From Ferruginibacter sp. (lineage in GTDB: Bacteria; Bacteroidota; Bacteroidia; Chitinophagales; Chitinophagaceae), in NCBI GenBank assembly GCA_013141115.1, contig JABFRP010000002.1, positions 834,389 to 898,388 on the forward strand: 64,000 nt of DNA. Reading direction: 5' to 3'. The notes under the pieces are model-generated. The model was not told the origin of the DNA, did no database searches, and was given only the letters and a program-made list of their open reading frames with translations. A program made the translations under genes and the position numbers. Positions 57,544-64,000 of this stretch are shown here, piece by piece. Every line of letters begins with the position of its first letter. The first letter of the stretch is position 1.

Positions 57544-57616
57544 CAGTCTGTACCGGATTCGAACCGGTATTGTCAAGTAGAAAGCTTGATATCCTGAACC
57601 ATTAGATCAACAGACC
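57544..57616 (-). tRNA. tRNA-Glu(TTC) with U at position 37
   Basis: Acceptor GGTCTGT/ACAGACT, T arm ACCGG-TTCGAAT-CCGGT, anticodon arm TCAAG-CTTTCTA-CTTGA. Confidence 0.75.
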
Positions 57617-57622
57617 ATTTTG

Positions 57623-57695
57623 TATAGTAGGCAAGATTCGAACTTGCAGCCTCTCCGGTCCAGGCGGAGTATCCAACCAATTGGAATGCTACTAT
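57623..57695 (-). tRNA. tRNA-Pro(TGG) with C at position 33
   Basis: Acceptor ATAGTAG/CTACTAT, T arm GCAAG-TTCGAAT-CTTGC, anticodon arm CTCCG-CCTGGAC-CGGAG. Confidence 0.7.
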
Positions 57696-57720
57696 GTTTA
57701 AAAAATAATCAAAGAACTTT

Positions 57721-57757
57721 TTAAAAAGCTTCCCCGTTGCATCTCACGGGGAAAGCT
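57721..57757 (-). terminator. rho-independent terminator just upstream of the tRNA array
   Basis: agcttccccg-N10-cggggaaagct, with a T-run on the minus strand. Confidence 0.6.
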
Positions 57758-57779
57758 TTATTCCTCCTTCTGCATCTGA

Positions 57780-57860
57780 TTATTTTATACGCCTTTTTAT
57801 CTTATTGAAAATGGCTTCTGCAAATGCCTGCATCAACCATACTACTATTAAAAATGTCAT
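57780..57860 (-). CDS. possible 26-aa hydrophobic/basic micro-protein
   Basis: Own translation: MTFLIVVWLMQAFAEAIFNKIKRRIK. It is followed by the terminator at 57721-57757. No homology evidence. Confidence 0.25.
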   Translation of the reverse strand: MTFLIVVWLMQAFAEAIFNKIKRRIK

Positions 57861-57880
57861 ACGCTGTTTTTTTTAAATAC

Positions 57881-57976
57881 TTAATACTTACGGTTTCTTT
57901 TTTCTACTTTACCTGCATACGCCACCAACAAGTGTATTATAATCAGCAAAAATTTTAGCATGTGCAATGTTTCCAT
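57881..57976 (-). CDS. possible 31-aa hydrophobic/basic micro-protein
   Basis: Own translation: METLHMLKFLLIIIHLLVAYAGKVEKRNRKY. It is preceded by AAAGGAGGGTAAA, a strong SD-like site that is rare elsewhere in this window. Confidence 0.3.
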   Translation of the reverse strand: METLHMLKFLLIIIHLLVAYAGKVEKRNRKY

Positions 57977-58013
57977 TTTACCCTCCTTTTATTTTTGGGC
58001 CATTGCTAAAAAC

Positions 58014-58051
58014 AAAAAGCCCGGTCGTTTTTTAGTACGACCGGGCTTTTT
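58014..58051. terminator. bidirectional terminator
   Basis: An A-run, then gcccggtcg-N10-cgaccgggc, then a T-run. Confidence 0.65.
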
Positions 58052-58068
58052 ACTCAACAAGTTTTTTA

Positions 58069-58218
58069 TTACTCATTTACCTTACACGGTCGTGTTATAT
58101 TTTTATCAATCGATGCATTACTAAACAGCACAGCATGGCCTATCGGCATAATAGTACTATACCAGTTGATCGACATACTTCGGTTTGCTATTTGTTGTTT
58201 ACAATTTTGTTGATGCAT
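58069..58218 (-). CDS. possible 49-aa small protein
   Basis: Own translation: MHQQNCKQQIANRSMSINWYSTIMPIGHAVLFSNASIDKNITRPCKVNE. It is followed by the terminator at 58014-58051. Confidence 0.2.
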   Translation of the reverse strand: MHQQNCKQQIANRSMSINWYSTIMPIGHAVLFSNASIDKNITRPCKVNE

Positions 58219-58296
58219 TTTTATTTTTTAGTTTACAATTTTATTTATGTCATTAACCTTCGCTACTTCCATTTATTACAGTTCAACACAGTGGCA

Positions 58297-58326
58297 ACAA
58301 AAAACCCCGCTGATTCAGGCGGGGCT
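58297..58326 (-). terminator. rho-independent terminator
   Basis: ccccgc-N8-gcgggg, with a T-run on the minus strand. Confidence 0.6.
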
Positions 58327-58353
58327 TAGGTTATAGCGAATTAGTTTTGATAC

Positions 58354-58446
58354 TTATTCATCAGCATAACATGCCCCGCAACTGGTGTAATCCCCTTTTG
58401 GACTAAACCAATTCATCGCTTCAATATGTAGTTGTATGCGTAACAT
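58354..58446 (-). CDS. possible 30-aa Cys-containing peptide
   Basis: Own translation: MLRIQLHIEAMNWFSPKGDYTSCGACYADE. It is followed by the terminator at 58297-58326 and lies downstream of the two-component system. Confidence 0.2.
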   Translation of the reverse strand: MLRIQLHIEAMNWFSPKGDYTSCGACYADE

Positions 58447-58614
58447 GTTTTGTTGTTGTTAAATTTTATTTGCACTGCAAAGATGAATTTATTTTTGATA
58501 CTGCCAAATATTTTTCAAAAAAAAAGTAAAAATATTTTTACAGCCGTCATCATTACAAATCATTTTCTCCAATGAAAACAAGTAAAAAAATAACAGGAAA
58601 TTATTTTTAAAAAA

Positions 58615-59280
58615 TTATTGCAAGGGCATATACAAATGTTCCCGTATGGCATAAACGATAATGCCGGCAGTATTTTTTACGTTCATTTTTTCAATAATTT
58701 TTAAACGCAGGCCTTCTACCGTTCTTACACTTAAAAATATTTTTTCGCCAATTTCTTTACTGGTTAATCCTTCGCAGATGTAGTGTATAATTTCTTTTTC
58801 CCGCTCATTAAAATCTGCTTTCTGCGTTTTCAGTTGCAGGTTAAACCTGCTTTTAGCTACCATACCCGCCAGTTTTTTTGAAGTAAGACGGCAGTAGTGC
58901 GACTCGTTATCAGCAACAGTATGCACTGCTTCAATTATTTCAGTTTTGTCGGCATTTTTTAACAGATAGCCTTTGGCTCCTGCCTCAAGCATATCAATAA
59001 TAAGATCTTCTTCATCAAACATAGTTAATGCAATAATACCAATAGAAGGATAATACATCGTAAGGTGTTTGGTAGCAGTAACACCATCAAGATTGGGCAT
59101 TTTTACATCCGTTATCACCACATCAGGTAAATGTTGCTTTACCAGCTCTATCAATTCTTTTCCATCGCCTGCCTCGCCTGCAACAATAATATCAGGCTGC
59201 TTTTGTAACATCAGTTTTAAACCATCTCTAAAAATTTCATGGTCGTCGGCAATAATAACCTTAATGGTCTTTATACTCAT
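58615..59280 (-). CDS. LuxR/NarL-family response regulator
   Basis: 221 aa with a receiver domain (IIADDH, DVVITDVKMP) and a C-terminal LuxR HTH (REKEIIHYICEGLTSKEIGEKIFLSVRTVE). Confidence 0.9.
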   Translation of the reverse strand: MSIKTIKVIIADDHEIFRDGLKLMLQKQPDIIVAGEAGDGKELIELVKQHLPDVVITDVKMPNLDGVTATKHLTMYYPSIGIIALTMFDEEDLIIDMLEAGAKGYLLKNADKTEIIEAVHTVADNESHYCRLTSKKLAGMVAKSRFNLQLKTQKADFNEREKEIIHYICEGLTSKEIGEKIFLSVRTVEGLRLKIIEKMNVKNTAGIIVYAIREHLYMPLQ

Positions 59281-59288
59281 GGTAGTTA

Positions 59289-60035
59289 TTAAACAGGAAT
59301 GTCAAAAATATAAGTTACTCCTTTACCGGGTTGAGAGTTGCAGATCAGTTCGCCACCCATCACTTCGGTGCGGCTCTGTAAGTTACGCAACCCAAGGCCT
59401 TTAAGTTCTTTTGATTTTGAAAAATAATCGAACCCTTTTCCGTTATCTGCAGTGGCCAGTAAAATACGATTATCGTCCTTACGCAAACTGATCAGTAATA
59501 AATTGGCGCCGGAATGTTTGATGGTATTATGCAACACTTCCTGCACAATACGGTACAAATTAATTTCTTTATTCTGATCAAGCCGTATCTCCTGATCGCA
59601 GTTAAACTTAATTTCCAGCCTGCTGGCTTTTTTATATGTTTCGGCCAATTCTTCAATACCGCTTTTTAAGCCTTTACGCAACAAAGTATTGGGCATAAGA
59701 TTGTTGGAGATTTCACGCAGCTTTTGAATAATACTATCGATATGCTGGCTCGATTTTACCACCAGTTGCTGGTCTTGCTCACCCACCGTTTCAATATTAT
59801 TAATTTGCAATTTTACAGCAGATAATAAAGGCCCCAATTCATCATGCAGGTCCGATGCAATTCTTCTTCTTTCATTTTCCAACGTATCAATTTCTGCCTG
59901 TATTTTATCCTTATGCATACGGATGCTTTTGCGGTGATAGCGTATAGCTGTTATAATAAAATATAACAGAATAGTGCCCACTACCGCAGCAACGATTAAA
60001 ATAGCCCTGTAAAATTCTTCTTCCTGGGTATGCAT
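59289..60035 (-). CDS. histidine kinase core (HisKA_3 plus HATPase_c)
   Basis: H-box RIASDLHDELGPLL and the ATPase G-boxes ADNGKGF and GLGLRNL. Confidence 0.85.
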   Translation of the reverse strand: MHTQEEEFYRAILIVAAVVGTILLYFIITAIRYHRKSIRMHKDKIQAEIDTLENERRRIASDLHDELGPLLSAVKLQINNIETVGEQDQQLVVKSSQHIDSIIQKLREISNNLMPNTLLRKGLKSGIEELAETYKKASRLEIKFNCDQEIRLDQNKEINLYRIVQEVLHNTIKHSGANLLLISLRKDDNRILLATADNGKGFDYFSKSKELKGLGLRNLQSRTEVMGGELICNSQPGKGVTYIFDIPV

Positions 60036-60661
60036 AAAGCGCCTATTGCAAACATCAAATTAACGATAAGATTTGAATAATTGATCACTTCCTGCAAGCC
60101 CCGCCTTAATTGCCTGCTTGTATCTATACCAAACAGTGAAAGGCTGGCGGTTCTGCTTAAAAGATAAAAAGAGAAGAAAATAATTATGCCCAGTATGATC
60201 CAGAATTTAGGATTTTTAAACAAGGGCGCCCTGTCCTGTATCACCACTTTATTAAAGGTTGTTACGGCAAAAAACAGCAATGCCGTGGCATATATAACCC
60301 TAAAATACATATTGGGTTTGGTAAACCCTTCCGGGTAAAAACTAAATACCAACCACATCAGAAAAGCAATCAGGTTAATAAAGATAAAAAGCCGCCGGTT
60401 AAAATTAAACAGCCCCCATAAGTGAAAAAGCCAGGTATAAAAAACAAACTCAATGAAACAGAAAACATTAATCATCACCGTCTTTTCATCATACATTTCT
60501 TTTTCTATAAGTACATAACTGATAATTTCAACTAGTAAAGAAATGCAGGCCAGGTAAAAAAAGGGGTAGTAAGACCGGTCGATCCTTTTAAACTTTACTA
60601 TCCCAATGATTACTGTAAAGCCAATGCAAAGGCTAAGTATAAACTGTACTTCGTTTGTCAT
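59996..60661 (-). CDS. polytopic membrane domain protein (probable sensor module of the kinase)
   Basis: 221 aa, about 7 TM. Its end overlaps the kinase ORF start by 40 nt. Confidence 0.6.
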   Translation of the reverse strand: MTNEVQFILSLCIGFTVIIGIVKFKRIDRSYYPFFYLACISLLVEIISYVLIEKEMYDEKTVMINVFCFIEFVFYTWLFHLWGLFNFNRRLFIFINLIAFLMWLVFSFYPEGFTKPNMYFRVIYATALLFFAVTTFNKVVIQDRAPLFKNPKFWIILGIIIFFSFYLLSRTASLSLFGIDTSRQLRRGLQEVINYSNLIVNLMFAIGALCIPRKKNFTGLF

Positions 60662-60685
60662 ATATCAGGTACGAAGTTGAATGGT

Positions 60686-61237
60686 TTAATAGTTGATGCA
60701 GGGAGGATCGCATTGCCCCTGCTCAATTCCTCCTGTGCTATCACCCGGCAGTTCGCTTGCCATTTTGGCTGCCTGCACCGGAGCTCCGGAATCTTTTTTT
60801 ACTGCCGCTTTGTTTTCTGTACCTGCAAAATGCTGATCATCTTTCAGGTATAAATTATTACCCCGGCTATCCACCCCTACCAATATTAAACGCACACTGT
60901 TACTATCGCCGCTTTGTTTTATACCATACAATATTTTAATACCCACACAATCCGGTATTTGTAAAATTTCAATAATGGCTTTTTTATTAAATGCTTCGCT
61001 AAAAGGAATTGAAGTGGTGGGCCGTAATTTTAATAACGAATCTCTTTCCCTGGCAAAAGCAGCCTGGTACTCTCTGATTTGCTCAAGCGGAATAAAGTGA
61101 TCAATTTTTCCCAATGCCGAAGTATCTTTTGGTACAGGAATAAATTCACCTTCCCTGTTTTGTTTACAGGACACTGTATAAAGTATGACGGGCAGCAGCA
61201 GCAATACCGCAGTCATTATTTTTTTAAACCGTTGCAT
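60686..61237 (-). CDS. lipoprotein, unknown function
   Basis: 183 aa with a signal peptide and lipobox YTVSC. Confidence 0.55.
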   Translation of the reverse strand: MQRFKKIMTAVLLLLPVILYTVSCKQNREGEFIPVPKDTSALGKIDHFIPLEQIREYQAAFARERDSLLKLRPTTSIPFSEAFNKKAIIEILQIPDCVGIKILYGIKQSGDSNSVRLILVGVDSRGNNLYLKDDQHFAGTENKAAVKKDSGAPVQAAKMASELPGDSTGGIEQGQCDPPCINY

Positions 61238-61448
61238 AATAAGGAATTTTTAAAATGAAGCTAAAAGTAATCACCCATTAATATAAAACAATACGTAGAA
61301 CTACTTTTTTTTACTGCACCAACTACGGTAAACTATCAGTAGCATTACACTTGTTTTTTTATACTTCCTTACCCAACTTTACAACATAATTACCCTACCC
61401 CTTTTGTTTTGCCGGCAGCATTTAACCATTTCACTAAAAGTAAAAGTT

Positions 61449-61676
61449 ATGAAACAAACTATGGGCACTAAAAAAAGAACTCCGCTGCTACAGCTTACCG
61501 TTAATGCCGACTTTAACTGGGACTCTCCGGAAACAATGACCACATTTTATAAGGCAGAAATAAAAAAGGCCAGTGATGCCCTTAATCAACTTTCTATACT
61601 CACCGATGCTAAACAGATCGTTACTTTATGCGGCAAAATAAAAGCCATGAAGAAAAAAATGGTGAGGGGATGGTGA
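61449..61676 (+). CDS. small hypothetical protein
   Basis: 75 aa from the ATG at 61449. Confidence 0.35.
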   Translation: MKQTMGTKKRTPLLQLTVNADFNWDSPETMTTFYKAEIKKASDALNQLSILTDAKQIVTLCGKIKAMKKKMVRGW

Positions 61677-61708
61677 GAAGGATTTTTTGTTACGGGCATT
61701 AGGGCTTT

Positions 61709-61754
61709 GAGCATCATCGTTGTGTCGTGCCGATACATCGGGATACGGCATACC
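61709..61754 (+). repeat. short interspersed repeat, copy d
   Basis: gagcatcatcgttgtgtcgtgccgatacatcgggatacggcatacc matches the reverse complement of 49089..49136. Confidence 0.7.
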
Positions 61755-62008
61755 ATTGAGGGGTTTTTATGGAAGCCGAAATAAAAGTATAGAATAAAAA
61801 ATCTCATCACAATTTGTGATGAGATAAACAATATCATTTTATTAAATCACATTTCAATTGATTCAAGCTGTTCCATTGAAGGAGGCATTTCATCGTAAAC
61901 TTTACCATTTAATTCCCTTCCAGCTTTCTTTTTATTTATGACAAGCCCTATTGCATAAATTTTGATTTGATAGATTTGATGTAATTTGATAATTCAATCT
62001 ATTTAAAG

Positions 62009-62938
62009 ATGAAAAAATTACCTAATACTGCTTTATGGCAGCCTAGAAAAGACTCAATAGAAACATTAAAAGATATTTTTTATAAAAGATGTTTACATGT
62101 CGAATCCTTAATTATAAGTAAAGCTAAGCAAGAAAAAGAATTCAATATCGACAATTTTGACTCGGGTATTCCAATTGAAGAAATAATCAGAGAAGAATTT
62201 AGTAAAATATTACCCAAAAGATATTCTGTAACGAAAGGTATAGTTAATGATAGGCAAGGCTTTACGGCTGGAGAACAAGATTTTATCATTTTCAATAACT
62301 TTTGGTTTCCAGATTTGAAATCTGGTGCTGCTAAAGAATCTAAACGGATTCATTTTCCAATTGAAGGTGTATATGCTATAGGCGAAATTAAGCAGACATT
62401 GACAATAGAAACTTTAGATAACGCTATGGAAAAATTGGTAATTGGTAAAAGGTTGAAACGCCCTATGACAGGAAGAACTAGAATTGCTGAAAATAGAGAA
62501 ATTAATGATTGTATTCACGAATCCTCAAATCCATTATATTCATTTATCATTGGCGTAAACTTAGACGTTAATTTAAGCATGGATGATATTTTTGTGAGAT
62601 TTTTTGAAATTAATAAGCAATTAAAAAGATCTGAAATAATTAATAGTTTATGTGTTTTAGCAAAAGGGACTATTATCTGGTGTTATTTCGATGATACAAA
62701 ACTTGATCTGCAACCTGAAAAATTTACAAAAAATACAGGTCAATTTCCCCCAATTATACCCGTTTTACTTGAAACTAATGAGAGCAGAAAATGCTCTTTA
62801 TACGATTTGGTTTTACACTTATCTGCACACCTTTATGATACAATATTAGGTGGTGAAGACATGGCTGCGGCTTATGGTAATAATTACAATCATATAAAAA
62901 TTCCTCCAAAAGAAAAATATCAAATTAATCCAGAATAA
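62009..62938 (+). CDS. PD-(D/E)xK nuclease-fold protein (resembles the family I recall as DUF6602)
   Basis: 309 aa with GEQDFIIFNN...PIEGVYAIGEIKQTL (D...E.K motif). It lies in an AT-rich islet. Confidence 0.55.
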   Translation: MKKLPNTALWQPRKDSIETLKDIFYKRCLHVESLIISKAKQEKEFNIDNFDSGIPIEEIIREEFSKILPKRYSVTKGIVNDRQGFTAGEQDFIIFNNFWFPDLKSGAAKESKRIHFPIEGVYAIGEIKQTLTIETLDNAMEKLVIGKRLKRPMTGRTRIAENREINDCIHESSNPLYSFIIGVNLDVNLSMDDIFVRFFEINKQLKRSEIINSLCVLAKGTIIWCYFDDTKLDLQPEKFTKNTGQFPPIIPVLLETNESRKCSLYDLVLHLSAHLYDTILGGEDMAAAYGNNYNHIKIPPKEKYQINPE

Positions 62939-63050
62939 AATTTTAAAACAACCTTCGTTGCCGCTGGCATTCTAACCTACTTGTAACTGAATGCCATTAT
63001 AGCACTTGCTGTATTTTTTTTAGTACCAACCCTTTGAAAATTATATCCCC

Positions 63051-63410
63051 TCAATACGGCATCGTCAATGCATCTCCAATCACCACATTCTTAAAATTGG
63101 TTGCCAAAAAAGACATATCCGTTTCTGTCCATTTTGGATCGGTGGCCCAGGCAATACTTTTCCTGGCAAAATCTTTTTCCCAGTCCTGGCTGATGATGAT
63201 AGTTTGTACGGTTAAATTGCCCACTAAAAAATCTTTTAGCTCAATAGAAAAATAGGGAATGGTGGCAATAAAATCTATAAGCTCTTCTTCAGTAGCATCA
63301 GTAATTGCTTTGGCAAAATAATTATCCGCCGTTTTTCTGCGGTAATGGATAGTGATCTTTATACAATCGTTGATCACGTATAATAAATAGGCTCTTGTAA
63401 TTCCTTTCAT
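63051..63410 (-). CDS. hypothetical protein
   Basis: 119 aa ORF. No family recognised. Confidence 0.45.
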   Translation of the reverse strand: MKGITRAYLLYVINDCIKITIHYRRKTADNYFAKAITDATEEELIDFIATIPYFSIELKDFLVGNLTVQTIIISQDWEKDFARKSIAWATDPKWTETDMSFLATNFKNVVIGDALTMPY

Positions 63411-63427
63411 AAACTATGCTTTAATAA

Positions 63428-64000
63428 TTAAAATAATTTTCCCTGCCCGCCCGGCACTCTAAATTGGGTAGTATCCAAACTCCATTCTTCGGCATTCATG
63501 TTGTACAACTTGCCGTATTTTTTATAGGTCTGCGCTACCATGTTGGCAATATTGCCTTCACCTCTCATACGCACACCCCAGCGGGTATCGTTTACCTGCC
63601 CATCGTGGCTTTGTTCTATCAAATGCCAAACCTTATCGGCATGATTAGGAAAATTTTTATACAACCAGTCGTGAAATAAAAATTTAATAGCGCCATTTAA
63701 ACGAATGAAAGTATAGGCAGTGAACGTGGCACCGTTATCTGCAGCGGCTTTCATAATGCGTTGCATTTCGTGGTCGTTAAGGCCGGGTATCATTGGGCCC
63801 ATCATAATGCCCATGCGTACACCGGCGCTGCTGAGTTCGTTGATCACTTTTAGTTTTTGCTTTGCCGTTGTAGTACGTGGCTCCATGGCCCGGCGCAGGT
63901 CTTCATTAAAAGAAGTGATGGAAACCATGGCCGATACGATATTCTTCTTGCCCATTTCCTGCAGCACATCCTTGTCTTTTAATATCCAGCTGTTTTTAGT
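63428..64000 (-). CDS. radical SAM protein, PA0069-like (N-terminus beyond the window end)
   Basis: The C-terminal region (VSITSFNEDLRRAMEPRT...PMIPGLNDHE...) resembles PA0069/SPL-like radical SAM proteins. The reading frame stays open to position 64000. Confidence 0.7.
   Translation of the reverse strand, partial: TKNSWILKDKDVLQEMGKKNIVSAMVSITSFNEDLRRAMEPRTTTAKQKLKVINELSSAGVRMGIMMGPMIPGLNDHEMQRIMKAAADNGATFTAYTFIRLNGAIKFLFHDWLYKNFPNHADKVWHLIEQSHDGQVNDTRWGVRMRGEGNIANMVAQTYKKYGKLYNMNAEEWSLDTTQFRVPGGQGKLF

Noticed and set aside
55982-57580. Track ORFs 55982..56323 (+), 56049..56342 (-) and 57056..57580 (+).
   Set aside because: They lie entirely across tandem tRNA genes and are artefacts of stop-poor tRNA sequence.
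55844-57695. A regularly spaced ggattcgaacc-like repeat every ~75-95 nt could be mistaken for a CRISPR array.
   Set aside because: The repeats are tRNA T arms. Each unit folds into a cloverleaf with a different anticodon, and no cas genes are present.
13276-57695. A conserved CAA(A) trailer immediately after the discriminator of most array tRNAs, considered as an array-specific processing signal.
   Set aside because: The same CAA trailer follows the two chromosomal-type tRNAs (Arg-CCG, Gln-CTG), so it is not specific to the array.
42248-63410. Calling the whole region an integrative mobile element or prophage.
   Set aside because: No integrase, transposase, phage structural genes or att-like direct repeats flanking a tRNA were found. 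Only compositional shifts and short repeats support horizontal origin.

Overview
This 64 kb window looks like a chromosomal segment of a low-GC Bacteroidota genome, probably Chitinophagaceae- or Sphingobacteriia-like. The taxonomic guess rests on a Sec-type clade II NosZ, many TonB-dependent receptors, the near absence of Shine-Dalgarno sites, and tRNA genes without encoded CCA.

Positions 1-42 kb are mostly ordinary:
- galK/galM;
- a complete clade II nitrous-oxide reductase cluster (cytochrome c, nosZ, nosL, nosD, nosF, nosY) with NO-stress accessory genes (truncated globin, hemerythrin-like protein, Crp/Fnr regulator, RIC/YtfE);
- class Ia ribonucleotide reductase nrdAB and a BtuB-like receptor, each behind a cobalamin riboswitch;
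- a probable copper-uptake cluster (two more TonB receptors, PepSY, YHS and a Met/His-rich lipoprotein);
- an amino-acid permease and a PLP enzyme;
- a TolC/adaptor pair;
- an AmgK/MurU-like pair;
- a giant VIT-vWA-plug-TPR protein.

The unusual part is 42.2-57.7 kb, a mostly minus-strand RNA-repair and tRNA island. It contains:
- an RtcB RNA ligase, two RlaP-type pol-beta nucleotidyltransferases, a zinc-ribbon protein and a DEDD 3'-5' exonuclease;
- an AT-rich AbiV/HEPN-like cassette;
- a cytosolic SPFH/slipin protein preceded by non-canonical tRNA-like elements;
- a WYL regulator with a duplicated palindromic operator-like element;
- an AAA+ ATPase, a YkuK (RNase H-like) protein and a basic protein;
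- a dense 1.85 kb array of 19 tRNA or tRNA-like genes. Several of these have aberrant anticodon loops, one has a 55-nt insertion in its T-loop, and one is an atypical 94-nt gene.

Short REP/MITE-like repeats sit at the module junctions. No integrase, transposase, rRNA or CRISPR array was seen. All RNA folds were done by eye and need software confirmation.
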